From a bacterium (GTDB lineage Bacteria > JAMCPX01), in the NCBI GenBank assembly GCA_037439545.1, contig JBBIVV010000004.1:1-64000 (forward strand): 64,000 bases of DNA, in the 5' to 3' direction. Position 1 is the stretch's first letter. Every line of letters begins with the position of its first letter. The position numbers and the translations under genes are program-made. Shown piece after piece: positions 1 to 10,429 of the stretch. Below the pieces are notes generated by a model. The model was not told the DNA's origin. It saw only the letters and a list, made by a program, of their open reading frames with translations, and made no database searches.

Positions 1-119
1 CCCTATTGCATTTTTCGGGTTAATGAACAATTAGGAAGCTTTCTTCGTGCATTTTTTGGGTTCATAAAATGTATTGCACTTGCCGGCTGAATAGGGTATT
101 TTAAGCTTCGAAGGGCACA

Positions 120-1676
120 ATGAAAGAAAGATCTGAAGGGACATTAAATTTCATAGTCTTTAGCATCATAATGGCCTTTATCATAGCAGGCTGCAGCAGG
201 GACAAGGCAGCTCTGACTAATCAAGGCGCATCGCCGGTAATCCGAAGTTTAAGTGTTCAGGGCCTGCCCGTACATCCGGGCAATTCAGCCGTTGCTACGG
301 TAATCGCAATCAGCCCGCAGGGACTTCCGCTTCTCTATACATGGGCGGTATCGAACGGCTGGGCCGTAAGCAGCGGCAGGAATTCAACGACATCGACAAT
401 CACGGCACCGGATAGCTACGGTTCAAACGGCAGAGTTACCGTAACTGTATCAGACACCCTGGGAAGGCATGTAACAGGTACGACGTCATTAAGCACAGAA
501 GGCAGCAATACTCCTGTTATAAGGAGCATACTGCTTTTACCCGGAAACCCCTTGTTGCCCGACCCGCCGAATCCGGTATTGCCGGATGGGAAAATAACGG
601 CGATCGTGGATGCCTTTGATCCCAACGGCTATGCCTTGAACTATGCCTGGGCAGTATCGCCGGATTGGGGAGTAACCGGGTATGGACCAACTGCCACAAT
701 CGCAGCGCCATCGGCCTACGGTACAGGCGGCGCTATTACTGTAACAGTGAATAACGGACAGGGAGGCACGGCAAGCGGTTCCCTTGCAATGAGTACACAG
801 GATTATAGTCCGTCCTTTATAGTTTTCGTATCCGCAAGAGACGGGGATTACAGCATATACAGCATGAAGCAGGACGGCACTGCCGTATCAAGGCTCAGTA
901 ACCCATCCACTGGCTGTGTATTGAGGCAGTGTTTCGATACCTATCCTGCTGCATGCAAAAACAGCATCGTATTCTCTTCCAATAGAACAGGGAGGTTTCA
1001 GATCTTTGCCATGTCGGTAGACGGCAACTATTTGACGGAAATTACCCATAATGCGAATGCAGACGCCGATGCACCTGATTTATCTTATGACTGCACTATT
1101 ATGACGTACACACAGGCAATCGGTTACGGGAGACAACTTCAGATCATGAATACAACGACGGGTTCTGTTACCCGGCTTACCTACGACGACGGGTCGGGCG
1201 CATGCTGCGGCAAATTTTCGCCTGACGGTAAAACCATTGCATTTATTCATGACCCTTTCCCGGGTGCGAGCCCTCTCCCCAGTACCGAGCCGTCGTTGAG
1301 TATTTACCTCATTTCCGCCGACGGTTCCAACAGACATTCGCTGTGTAACCTGTCGAATGTTCTTCCTCCGCTGTCCTGGTCTGCTGACGGTAAATTTATT
1401 TTATTTTTAATGCCGTCTCCGACTACCGGACATTTGGAGATATTTTTCATGCCCGTTGACTGCAGCACATCACCGGTACCGCTGACCAGCGGCTCTTACG
1501 ATGTTTTCGATCCCGCATTCTCTCCGGACGGGAGTAAAATCGCATACACGTCGACAGAGTTCGGCAACTCAAGGATATTTCTCATGAATTCTGACGGCAC
1601 CAACAGTTTTGATTTAACAAATGATGTTCATCTGAACGATCAACCCGCGTGGCAGAAAAGCATTCCATTACCCTGA
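120..1676 (+). CDS. Lipoprotein with two Ig-like repeats and a TolB-like (PD40) beta-propeller
   Basis: Lipobox IIAGC; two similar PVIRS...YxW...APxxYG...VTV repeats; C-terminal PD40-like motifs (FSPDGKTIAF, WSADGKFI, PAFSPDGSKIAY). Confidence 0.75.
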   Translation: MKERSEGTLNFIVFSIIMAFIIAGCSRDKAALTNQGASPVIRSLSVQGLPVHPGNSAVATVIAISPQGLPLLYTWAVSNGWAVSSGRNSTTSTITAPDSYGSNGRVTVTVSDTLGRHVTGTTSLSTEGSNTPVIRSILLLPGNPLLPDPPNPVLPDGKITAIVDAFDPNGYALNYAWAVSPDWGVTGYGPTATIAAPSAYGTGGAITVTVNNGQGGTASGSLAMSTQDYSPSFIVFVSARDGDYSIYSMKQDGTAVSRLSNPSTGCVLRQCFDTYPAACKNSIVFSSNRTGRFQIFAMSVDGNYLTEITHNANADADAPDLSYDCTIMTYTQAIGYGRQLQIMNTTTGSVTRLTYDDGSGACCGKFSPDGKTIAFIHDPFPGASPLPSTEPSLSIYLISADGSNRHSLCNLSNVLPPLSWSADGKFILFLMPSPTTGHLEIFFMPVDCSTSPVPLTSGSYDVFDPAFSPDGSKIAYTSTEFGNSRIFLMNSDGTNSFDLTNDVHLNDQPAWQKSIPLP

Positions 1677-1691
1677 AAACCCGTCCGGCGA

Positions 1692-2663
1692 TTAAACAGC
1701 CGTCAACAGCACCTTTCCCATGGTCGACCGGTTTTCCAATTTTCGCTGTGCGTCTGCAGCCTGTGCCAGAGGTACTACAGTATCAATCCGCACGGTCAGT
1801 TCGCCTTTCAGCATCCATTGGAATAAATCATCGGTGCGTTCAAGCAGTTCGGCCCTGCCGGCAGTGTACTGCGTTAATGAAGGCCGTGTGATATAAAGGC
1901 CGCCTTTGGTATTGAGAATCTGTAAATCCACCGGAGGAACAGGTCCCGATGCCTGACCGTACAATACCATAAAGCCCCGTGGCTGGAGGCAATTCAAACT
2001 CTTTTCGAAGGTCGTGATTCCCACTGAATCATACACGACCTGGACCCCTTTACCGCCGGTTATCCTATGGACTTCCGCATCCCAGTCGGATTGGGTATAG
2101 AGGATCACCTCATCCGCACCGACCTGTCGTGCAAGCTGTGCTTTCTCTTTTGTCGAGACCGTGCCGATGACGCGTGCCCCGCGCTTTTTTGCAATTTGCA
2201 CAAGGAGAAGTCCGACGCCGCCGGCAGCTGCATGCACCAGGGCACTGTCGCCGGGCTTGAGAGGATAGGTGCTGCACGCAAGATAATGGGCTGTCATGCC
2301 TTGCAGCATTACGGCTGCTGCTTGGAGTGAACTGATACGGTCAGGAACAGGGACCAGTCTCCATGCAGGGACGACGGCATATTCCGCATATGAGCCAAGC
2401 GCCGAGGCATACGCTACGCGATCGCCTGCGCGTACTCCATCGACACCCGGACCAATGGCATCCACGACCCCCGCAGCTTCCTGTCCTGCTGTGAACGGTA
2501 CTGCGACGGGATATAATCCCTTACGCTGATAAATATCGACGAAATTGATGCCGCTTGCCTCTATCCTGACACGGACTTCACCGTGCTTCGGATCCGGCAG
2601 TTTCATGTCCTCGTAACTTAAAACTTCAGGACCGCCATAGTGATGTATACGAATGACTTTCAT
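1692..2663 (-). CDS. qor: NADPH:quinone oxidoreductase (zeta-crystallin/MDR family)
   Basis: GGPEVL start, [25 protein letters not shown] and GKVLL motifs. Confidence 0.9.
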   Translation of the reverse strand: MKVIRIHHYGGPEVLSYEDMKLPDPKHGEVRVRIEASGINFVDIYQRKGLYPVAVPFTAGQEAAGVVDAIGPGVDGVRAGDRVAYASALGSYAEYAVVPAWRLVPVPDRISSLQAAAVMLQGMTAHYLACSTYPLKPGDSALVHAAAGGVGLLLVQIAKKRGARVIGTVSTKEKAQLARQVGADEVILYTQSDWDAEVHRITGGKGVQVVYDSVGITTFEKSLNCLQPRGFMVLYGQASGPVPPVDLQILNTKGGLYITRPSLTQYTAGRAELLERTDDLFQWMLKGELTVRIDTVVPLAQAADAQRKLENRSTMGKVLLTAV

Positions 2664-2665
2664 TG

Positions 2666-3415
2666 TTAATAGGTGTACAGCTTTGCGTAAGGTCTTGTGC
2701 TTAAGGGCGTAAGTTTTTCAAACCGTTCGTTGAGTATCTTATCCGCATCAAGTGCAAGGTCTGCTGCGTATTCTTTTATTATTCCTTCAAGAAGCAGTGC
2801 ATCTTCCTCTCCAGACTCCGCTACATCCACACCCTTGCCGAGTTTTTTCTTATCCACACCGCCCCTTACGTAGACTGTACCGCCGTGCATACCTGCACCG
2901 AGATAATCCCCTGTGGTCTCTGCAGTGCCGTTTCTCCCGAACATCCTGAGCAGCACAATCACACCGCCGGCCATATATTCTGCAAGAAAATCTCCGGCAT
3001 TCCCTCCTATGACTATTACGGGGTTCAATGTTTTGTATCCTTTCATGTGTATGCCGACCCTATAACCCGCATCTTTTAAAATGAAGAGCTTCCCGCCCCT
3101 CATACCGTAACCGCATACATCGCCGGCCATACCTTTTACAATAATCTTTCCGCCGTTCATCGTATTGCCCACGGCATCCTGTGCATTGTTGTTCACCGTA
3201 ATGAGTGGACCGTCCATAAAGACTCCGAGATCGTTCCCCGGGACACCGTCTATGGTGATCTTTATATCTTTTTTTAGTCCGTCGCTTATATACCTCTGTC
3301 CGTTAACGTGCGTGAGCTCTATTTTCGTTGCACCGCCGGCAATGGCCCTATGAATCTTTTCATTGAGTTCTTTATAAGGTACGCCCTTTGCATCGATCTT
3401 TATCATATCCTGCAT
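2666..3415 (-). CDS. Glutamate synthase C-terminal GXGXG domain protein (GltB3-like)
   Basis: NGQRYI and repeated GxxMxGG beta-helix motifs; lies in an operon with the other GltB domains. Confidence 0.85.
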   Translation of the reverse strand: MQDMIKIDAKGVPYKELNEKIHRAIAGGATKIELTHVNGQRYISDGLKKDIKITIDGVPGNDLGVFMDGPLITVNNNAQDAVGNTMNGGKIIVKGMAGDVCGYGMRGGKLFILKDAGYRVGIHMKGYKTLNPVIVIGGNAGDFLAEYMAGGVIVLLRMFGRNGTAETTGDYLGAGMHGGTVYVRGGVDKKKLGKGVDVAESGEEDALLLEGIIKEYAADLALDADKILNERFEKLTPLSTRPYAKLYTY

Positions 3416-3440
3416 GTTCCAGTTTTACTCTGATGGAAAA

Positions 3441-4556
3441 TCATAGTTTCCCGACAGAGTTTACATCCTCCTTGAGAGTTACTATGATGGGCTCCCCTGC
3501 CTTTGGTGCCCACACATCTTCCGGCTCTTTTAAGACCTCTCTGATTGCCGATTCCTCACTCGCTATTGCAACGACATCGCCTTTCTTTCCGACAATAAGG
3601 GGCCTGAGTTTTATCCTGTCATTCAGCCCGAGTATGCCGTTGTCAAACCCCATAAGGATCGCAAACGGTCCATTTAAAGATGCACTTGCATACGATACCC
3701 TTAATGCCGTGTAATAGTCTTTCTTCGAGGGATCCATTTCCTCAATATCTTTCCAGAACGGAGGCGCCAGCACGGCAGCAGCAGCAGGGAGCGAAAGCCC
3801 TTTCTTCCGTATCAGGAGATCGAGAAGGTATGCGACCACTTCCGTATCGGTCAGCAGGGTGCATTTGTATCCGAACATCTCTACGTATCTTTTATTCGTG
3901 CCGTACGAAGAGATTTCCCCGTTGTGGACTATCGACCAGTCAAGTATGGTAAACGGGTGCGCACCGCCCCACCATCCGGGCGTGTTTGTCGGAAACCGTG
4001 TATGCCCGAGCAGGAGATACCCTGAATAATCCTGCATCTTGAAAAACTCGGCGATCGCATCCGGGTGTCCGACGCCTTTGAACACCGCAAGGTTTTTACC
4101 GCCTGAAACAACATAGGCATTTTCTATACTCTCGTTGATGTCCATAACGATATTCACGATAAGGTCATCCACTTCGTCATCCCCCTGCTCCTCGACCTGA
4201 GCCGGCGGATTGACGAAGTATCTCCAGAATTCCGGCGGATGAACAATTGAATGGATCTTTTTTACCGGTATAGGCTCTGCATGTACCAGTTCAAGCCTTG
4301 ACTTCAACAGATCCTCGACAGGCCCTCGCGCGCTGATGTCGTTGTACATGACATGTATGCCGAAGCAGTCTTTGAACTCCGGATAAGCGCCATAAACAGC
4401 ATATCCGCTGCCGAGTCCGTTCCCCCTGTCTTTCATGGAGCAGAGTGAGGACACAATCATGCTGCCTGCGATAGAGTTACCGCTCCTGTCTATTATTCCG
4501 ACTAAGCCGCATCCGCCAAAATCTTTTCCATACGGTGTCGAAGATTTTATTCCCAT
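3441..4556 (-). CDS. Class II glutamine amidotransferase (GltB1-like subunit)
   Basis: GCGLVG (Ntn Cys at residue 16), DRGNGLG, HTRFPTN, AHPF, HNGEI, TDTEV, DRIKLRP. Confidence 0.9.
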   Translation of the reverse strand: MGIKSSTPYGKDFGGCGLVGIIDRSGNSIAGSMIVSSLCSMKDRGNGLGSGYAVYGAYPEFKDCFGIHVMYNDISARGPVEDLLKSRLELVHAEPIPVKKIHSIVHPPEFWRYFVNPPAQVEEQGDDEVDDLIVNIVMDINESIENAYVVSGGKNLAVFKGVGHPDAIAEFFKMQDYSGYLLLGHTRFPTNTPGWWGGAHPFTILDWSIVHNGEISSYGTNKRYVEMFGYKCTLLTDTEVVAYLLDLLIRKKGLSLPAAAAVLAPPFWKDIEEMDPSKKDYYTALRVSYASASLNGPFAILMGFDNGILGLNDRIKLRPLIVGKKGDVVAIASEESAIREVLKEPEDVWAPKAGEPIIVTLKEDVNSVGKL

Positions 4557-4573
4557 ATCATTCCTCTATTGTT

Positions 4574-5851
4574 TTACCCGGGTTTTGTTAACATTTCATC
4601 TCTGAATTCTTTCGGGAGGTCGAGAAATCCGAAATTATCCGACAGAAGCTTGTCTTTAATCCCGCTTACGTCCATCCTTGCCCTGATGACGCTGTTGTAT
4701 ATGCCTATTCTCGTCATATAATTCATGGACAGAATACCGACCAGTTTACCGTCTTTTAAAACAGCTTTTTTATGGACATCGCCCTGATCCCTGACAATCT
4801 CCTCAAATCCGTCGTTCTTATCCACATAAATAACATTGCCGATTGAAACAGTACTCTTGCCGAAGAATTGAAATGCGTTCTGCGGTAAACCGCCTGGATA
4901 TATCTTTTTCTCTCCCGCCATGTTGGAGCCTGCGATCATGCCCTGCATGGTCGCAATAGGAATTATCGGGATAACATCAGCCCTTTTCCTTAAGAAGTCT
5001 TCTGCCTCTGCAACATCTCCCGCCGCAAAGATGCCTTCAACATTTGTCTGCATAGTGTTGTTGACCATTATTCCCCTGTTTATCTTTATACCCGAACCTT
5101 CAAGAAGACCTGTGTTCGGACGCACGCCGATACTCAACACGACCGTATCACATTTCAGTTTTTCGCCGTTTTTAAGCTTTACCCCCGTGACCTTTCCCTT
5201 TACCCTGATTATGGATTCGACGGTAGTGCCGGTCATAATCTTTAATCCATTGTCCTCGAGCCACTTCTGTACACGCTGTGCCGTGAGCTGATCCAGTGCT
5301 TTTACCAGCACATAATCGGCAAGCTCAACCACGGTCACATCGACCCCCATGTGCTTCAAACCTTCTGCACACTGCAGTCCTATCAGTCCTCCGCCGATAA
5401 CGACTGCCCGTGGTTTTTTTTGTTTCTTGATCCAGTCTCTCAGCACTTTTGCGTCATCCCATGTCGTAAAAGTAAACATTCCCGGGCCTTTCGAGCCGCT
5501 TATGGGCGGTGTTATGGGAATGCCTCCCGTGCTTATCATGAGCCGGTCAAAGTTGACCTTTTGACCGCTGTCCAGGACAACCCTGTTTTCTTTAGGCTCG
5601 ATCCTTGTGACAGCCATGCCCAGTAATGTTTTTACCCTGTGCCTCTCATAGAAATGCTTGTCCCTGTAATACATCTGACTGTCGCCGATTATTCCGTCCA
5701 TGTATTCATGGATCGCCGCACGCGCGTATGCATGATAAGGCTCTGCTGAGATAACCGTGATCTCTCCTTCTTTATCCTGTTTTCTGATATTCTCTATTGC
5801 AAAAACACCTGCGTACGAATTTCCTATTATGACATATTTCTTCCGGCTCAT
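4574..5851 (-). CDS. NAD(P)/FAD-dependent pyridine nucleotide-disulfide oxidoreductase
   Basis: IIGNSYAG FAD motif, VIGGGLIG NAD motif, FAAGDVAE. Confidence 0.85.
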   Translation of the reverse strand: MSRKKYVIIGNSYAGVFAIENIRKQDKEGEITVISAEPYHAYARAAIHEYMDGIIGDSQMYYRDKHFYERHRVKTLLGMAVTRIEPKENRVVLDSGQKVNFDRLMISTGGIPITPPISGSKGPGMFTFTTWDDAKVLRDWIKKQKKPRAVVIGGGLIGLQCAEGLKHMGVDVTVVELADYVLVKALDQLTAQRVQKWLEDNGLKIMTGTTVESIIRVKGKVTGVKLKNGEKLKCDTVVLSIGVRPNTGLLEGSGIKINRGIMVNNTMQTNVEGIFAAGDVAEAEDFLRKRADVIPIIPIATMQGMIAGSNMAGEKKIYPGGLPQNAFQFFGKSTVSIGNVIYVDKNDGFEEIVRDQGDVHKKAVLKDGKLVGILSMNYMTRIGIYNSVIRARMDVSGIKDKLLSDNFGFLDLPKEFRDEMLTKPG

Positions 5852-5853
5852 TT

Positions 5854-6300
5854 TTAACCCCTGTCCTCAAATACGAGTGCACGGTTTGGACAAACAGCTA
5901 CGCACGCAGGTACGTCTCTTTCCGGACACAGATCGCATTTGTTTGCAACCGGCCTTTCATCCCTGATAACCTGAGTGATCACCCCATAAGGGCATGCCAT
6001 GATACACATCCAGCAGCCGAGGCATTTATCCTGATTCAGCTCTATTGTCCCTGTTTTTTCATTCCTTGTGAGCGTGCCGTTCTTGCATGCCTGGACACAT
6101 TCCGCTTCAGCACAATGCCTGCACATAAGTGAAAGTGCCCGCGGCTGCTTATACTCGACCCGTGTTCTGGAAACAGGTCTCGGTTTTTCTAAAAGATATG
6201 TCTTTAACGGGTCTTTCGCCTTTGAATGTTCCGTCATACATGCAACCTCGCAGAGGTTACATGCAACGCACCATTGTTCTCTCGGATATACGACCTTCAT
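5854..6300 (-). CDS. 4Fe-4S dicluster protein (CooF/HydN-like)
   Basis: Four Cys clusters: CVACNLCEVAC, CRHC..C..AC, CLGCWMCIMAC, KCDLC..CVAVC. Confidence 0.9.
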   Translation of the reverse strand: MKVVYPREQWCVACNLCEVACMTEHSKAKDPLKTYLLEKPRPVSRTRVEYKQPRALSLMCRHCAEAECVQACKNGTLTRNEKTGTIELNQDKCLGCWMCIMACPYGVITQVIRDERPVANKCDLCPERDVPACVAVCPNRALVFEDRG

Positions 6301-6307
6301 ATCATCC

Positions 6308-7822
6308 TCACATCCCTGCCTGTTTTATGCCGAGTGCCTGAAGTTCGATCTCCGACAGCCCGACACCTCTCAGCCTGTCACGGTTCCCTTTCAGGCTCTC
6401 TATCGAGTTAATGCCCATAAGCCCGAGCATCTCTTTAATTTCATTCGACCATGCCGTTATGAGATTTACCAATCTCTCAACCCCGATCTCCGGGTTCACG
6501 CGCCTGGAGAGTTCAGGGTCGTTCGTGGTTATGCCCCACGCACATCTTCCCCGGTGACACTGCTGGCAAAGCGTACAGCCCAAAGCCATCAATGCAGAGG
6601 TGGCTATATACACGGCATCTGCCCCGAGTGCGATTGCCTTGACGATATCGCTGCTGTTCCTGAAACCTCCGGCAGCAACAAGGGATACCTCGTGCCTTAT
6701 ACCTTCCTGCCGCAACCTTTCATCCACGGCCGCTATCGCGACCTCTATGGGTATCCCGACGTTGTCCCTTATTGCCTTCGGTGCCGCACCGGTCCCGCCG
6801 CGGAATCCATCCACGGCGATAATGTCCGCACCAGCCCTTGCAATGCCGCTGGCTATGGCAGCCACATTGTGCACAGCAGCTATCTTCACAGATACAGGCT
6901 TCTCATAACGCGTGGCTTCTTTTAACGCGTAGATGAGCTGCTTCAGATCCTCTATGGAATAGATGTCGTGGTGCGGTGCAGGCGATATCGCATCGGTCCC
7001 GACAGGAATCATCCTTGTTTCAGAAATACCTTCCAACACCTTTTCCCCGGGCAGATGGCCGCCTATACCCGGCTTTGCACCCTGACCGATCTTTATCTCG
7101 ATCGCGGCTCCTGCATTCAGGTACTCGGGACTCACACCGAACCTGCCTGAGGCGCACTGCACTATCGTATTTTTCCCATACTCATACAGCGCCCGTGGCA
7201 ATCCGCCTTCTCCCGTGTTCCAGTATATTCCGAGCTCACGTGCAGCCCGCGCAACGGATTCGCTGACATTATAATTGATCGATCCGTAAGACATGGCAGA
7301 AAACATGATCGGCGTGGAAAGTACAAGCTGGGGTGCAAGCTTCGTGGTGATATTCCCCTCTTTGTTTACCTCGAGCTTGTCTGGTTTTCTTCCGAGGAAG
7401 GTCTTCAGTTCCATAGGCTCTCTGAGCGGGTCTATGGAAGGGTTCGTCACCTGACATGCATCTATAACCATGCGCTCCCAGTAATTGGTAAACGGCTTGT
7501 CATTCCCCATACCGGTAATTATGATCCCGCCTGTTCCAGCCTGTTTATAAAGGTCCTTGATGTTATTGTCTTTCCAGTTCGCATTGATTCTGAAAGCGTC
7601 GGGATTCCTCACAATGCTTATACAGTCTGTCGGACAGAACGTCGAACATCGCATACACCCGACACAATTATAATCAAGGCTGTAAATAAGGTCCCTGTCG
7701 TAATCATAAAAATTCGCACCATAAGAGCACTGCGTAACACAGGCTTTACATCTGATACACTTGTCAAGGTCCCTTTGGACTACATAATCAAAGTAGTGGT
7801 TGTAAGGGTTCTTGTAAAGCAT
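6308..7822 (-). CDS. Glutamate synthase FMN-binding subunit with N-terminal ferredoxin (archaeal-type GltB2)
   Basis: AMSYGS, NTGEGG, ASGRFGV, EIKIGQGAKPGIGGHLPG, SPAPHHDIYSIEDL; two CxxCxxCxxxC motifs; start at 7822 chosen for the AAGGAGG RBS. Confidence 0.92.
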   Translation of the reverse strand: MLYKNPYNHYFDYVVQRDLDKCIRCKACVTQCSYGANFYDYDRDLIYSLDYNCVGCMRCSTFCPTDCISIVRNPDAFRINANWKDNNIKDLYKQAGTGGIIITGMGNDKPFTNYWERMVIDACQVTNPSIDPLREPMELKTFLGRKPDKLEVNKEGNITTKLAPQLVLSTPIMFSAMSYGSINYNVSESVARAARELGIYWNTGEGGLPRALYEYGKNTIVQCASGRFGVSPEYLNAGAAIEIKIGQGAKPGIGGHLPGEKVLEGISETRMIPVGTDAISPAPHHDIYSIEDLKQLIYALKEATRYEKPVSVKIAAVHNVAAIASGIARAGADIIAVDGFRGGTGAAPKAIRDNVGIPIEVAIAAVDERLRQEGIRHEVSLVAAGGFRNSSDIVKAIALGADAVYIATSALMALGCTLCQQCHRGRCAWGITTNDPELSRRVNPEIGVERLVNLITAWSNEIKEMLGLMGINSIESLKGNRDRLRGVGLSEIELQALGIKQAGM

Positions 7823-7931
7823 GTTCCACAGCCTCCTTCTGTTTGTCGTCAATCATACTCATTATCTTTATTAACCTTGTATGGCTTATAAAATAAGGTT
7901 TTTAGTCTTTTTAACCTTTGTTTGTAATATA

Positions 7932-7960
7932 AATTTAATGTTCCAGATGAGCTATGTCAA
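7932..7960 (-). promoter_or_regulatory. Sigma70-like promoter of the glutamate synthase operon
   Basis: Minus strand TTGACA-17 nt-TAAATT. Confidence 0.6.
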
Positions 7961-8068
7961 GAAAAATTGAAATCGCGTGATAAGTCACTTGACTTTATAA
8001 CAATGCCTGATTATCCATATTAAGTAAGGTTACTCTCAATAAAAATCTAATTTTATAAGGATAGGTGT

Positions 8069-8542
8069 ATGCCCGATATAATAGACAAGATCGATGCAAA
8101 GATCGTAAGCATCCTGCAAAAAGACAGCAGAACTACCTACAGGGACATTGCAAAAAAGGTAAAGCTCCAGCCGCCATCTGTTATCGACCGTGTTAAAAAA
8201 CTTGAAAAATCGGGGATCATAAAAAGGTATGTGACGGTCATTGACGAAAAGAAGCTGGGTATCGACGTAACCGCATTCATCGGTGTTTATATTGAACACC
8301 CCCAATATATAGACAGCTTTGAAAAAGCCATTGCGGGTATCAATGAGGATATTCTCGAATGTCATCATGTGACAGGGGATTACACCTTATTACTCAAGGT
8401 CAAGACGCGCAACACGACGACTCTGGAGAAATTGATCAAGGAGCTGCGGGTCATCACGGGTGTCGTAAGGACCTACACCATGGTGGTATTCTCAACATTG
8501 AAAGAAGACTGTGTCGTGCCTGTAAAAGAACCGGCCGAATAA
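8069..8542 (+). CDS. Lrp/AsnC family transcriptional regulator
   Basis: DKIDAKIVSILQKDSR HTH start; ECHHVTGDYTLLLKV RAM-domain motif. Confidence 0.92.
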   Translation: MPDIIDKIDAKIVSILQKDSRTTYRDIAKKVKLQPPSVIDRVKKLEKSGIIKRYVTVIDEKKLGIDVTAFIGVYIEHPQYIDSFEKAIAGINEDILECHHVTGDYTLLLKVKTRNTTTLEKLIKELRVITGVVRTYTMVVFSTLKEDCVVPVKEPAE

Positions 8543-8596
8543 AACGGTTTTATTTTCCCCTGCTTTTGTGGTAGAAAAAATCAAAGAGAGTGAGAT

Positions 8597-9352
8597 ATGG
8601 ATAAATTTTTCGAGATCGCTTTAATTGTTCCTTATGTGTCCCAGAAGATCAATCTTCTGGAAAAGTTCCTGCAGGACTTGCGAAGGGACTATTCGCCTTC
8701 TGTTCTTAAATCCATCAACCTCTATAGCTGGTCTGCGAGCGATTCCATAGGTATAATCCTTGCGTTTGAGTTTTCCGCTTTTCTCCCCAGTTATTTCAAA
8801 AAGATCAAGGCATGGACGGAAAAGTCGGGTGCCAGGCTCTATGAGCTCATGGCTTTTGGAGAAAATGAGAGAAAGGATGTCAAAAGCAAATACATCATGA
8901 CGGCTGACTTGAAATTTATCGGAGATTTCGACATTTCTTTCGCTCTTACCAGTATCCTCGGGAGAATAAATGCAACACGCGGAAGAAAACAGCCTCGCTA
9001 CAGCACGTCCATTAAAGTTGCCTTTCAGTCAAAAGAGCAGTTTGTTCAGGAGTATACAAAAGATATTTCTAAAGGCGGGATATTTGTTGCTACGGATAAG
9101 CCGCTGTCCCTGGGAACGAAGATAGAACTTATATTGTCTCTGCCGAACTCCTCGAAAGAGGTCAAGGTTATCGGCGAAATAGTTCACATCATCGGCAGAG
9201 AACAGGCTATACTCATGGGTTATGGGATGGTGTCCGGCATGGGTGTACAGTTTTTGGAATTCGAAGAAGACGGACAAAAGTATTTAGAAGAATATTTTAA
9301 GGTGCTCAGCAAAGAGGGGCTGAACCTTTCACGAGGTGCCGACAATGGATAA
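8597..9352 (+). CDS. PilZ-domain protein (TIGR02266-like), paralog 1
   Basis: RKQPR and DISKGGIF c-di-GMP motifs, GMGVQF; unrecognised N-terminal domain. Confidence 0.75.
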   Translation: MDKFFEIALIVPYVSQKINLLEKFLQDLRRDYSPSVLKSINLYSWSASDSIGIILAFEFSAFLPSYFKKIKAWTEKSGARLYELMAFGENERKDVKSKYIMTADLKFIGDFDISFALTSILGRINATRGRKQPRYSTSIKVAFQSKEQFVQEYTKDISKGGIFVATDKPLSLGTKIELILSLPNSSKEVKVIGEIVHIIGREQAILMGYGMVSGMGVQFLEFEEDGQKYLEEYFKVLSKEGLNLSRGADNG

Positions 9353-10082
9353 ATTTTATGAAGTTGTTTTGATCGTTCCTTACATACACGAGAAGACCGA
9401 CCTTCTTCATGGGTTCCTGATAAATATAAGAAATGAATATACTCCTTCTGTGCTCAGGTCTGTAAACCTTTACAGCTGGTCTGCGAGCGATACTCTCGGT
9501 ATCACCCTGTCTTTCGATGATTCTTCCTTCCTTCCCCGTCATCTCGATACGCTCGAAACGTGGGCAGAAAAAGCTGGGGCGAAATTTTACAATCTCATGC
9601 TGCTGGGAGAAAAAGAGAGAGAAATATTCAAAAGCAAGTTGCCTTTGACTTCAGACCTTAAATTCACCGGAGACTTCGATATTCCTTCCGCATTGAACAA
9701 TATTTTTGCAAGAACAAATACGACTGTCGGGAGGAAATCTCCCCGCTACATCGTATCTATCAGGGTAACCTTCAAGTCGGAAGAGCAGTTTATACAGGAG
9801 TATACAAAAGATATTTCCAATGGAGGCATATTCGTAGCTACGGACAAGCCGCTGCCCATGGAATCAAAAGTTGAACTCGTACTGTCTCTCCCGAACTTCC
9901 CGAAAGTGGTCAAGGTTATCGGCGAGATAGTTCATATTTTCAACATCGAGCAGGTCAAACTGCTGGACCATAACAGAGTACCGGGAATGGGCGTACAGTT
10001 TTTGGAATTCGAAGAAGACGGGCAACAGGTCCTCGAAGAATATTTCAAATCCCTCAGTAAAGAGCACCAGAGCTCTGACTGA
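9345..10082 (+). CDS. PilZ-domain protein (TIGR02266-like), paralog 2
   Basis: RKSPR, DISNGGIF, PGMGVQF; collinear with the upstream paralog (both start MDKF). Confidence 0.75.
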   Translation: MDKFYEVVLIVPYIHEKTDLLHGFLINIRNEYTPSVLRSVNLYSWSASDTLGITLSFDDSSFLPRHLDTLETWAEKAGAKFYNLMLLGEKEREIFKSKLPLTSDLKFTGDFDIPSALNNIFARTNTTVGRKSPRYIVSIRVTFKSEEQFIQEYTKDISNGGIFVATDKPLPMESKVELVLSLPNFPKVVKVIGEIVHIFNIEQVKLLDHNRVPGMGVQFLEFEEDGQQVLEEYFKSLSKEHQSSD

Positions 10083-10129
10083 GGTCTGCCGGCTCCGCTG
10101 TCTTTTAGGTCAGAAACCTTCGGATACGA

Positions 10130-10429
10130 TTACCCGCGTCCCTGTCCTGCAATAAAACTGATCACTATGACTGTACCCAATCCTGCGGATACAAGCATCC
10201 ACTTCCATTCTTTTTTATAGAAGAAATAGAGTGCGGACGCATACATCGCAGTCACCGGAGTAAAGATCAGTATAATGATCGCAGCATGTACCGAAAGATT
10301 AAATATCGATTCGAATCGATTGCTCAAAACTTTGCCGGATAATTGGATAAGGACCGCAGCACCTATCATTGCAATACCGGTATAGGATCCTATTTTTATA
10401 ATTGTACTGATCAGCTTTCTTTCATTCAT
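10130..10429 (-). CDS. Small membrane protein (DUF1634-like)
   Basis: Three hydrophobic segments with ILIFTP; overlaps the TSUP gene, the usual pairing. Confidence 0.55.
   Translation of the reverse strand: MNERKLISTIIKIGSYTGIAMIGAAVLIQLSGKVLSNRFESIFNLSVHAAIIILIFTPVTAMYASALYFFYKKEWKWMLVSAGLGTVIVISFIAGQGRG

Noticed and set aside
6068..6925. 285 aa plus-strand ORF
   Set aside because: Antisense shadow of the glutamate synthase and ferredoxin genes; no motifs
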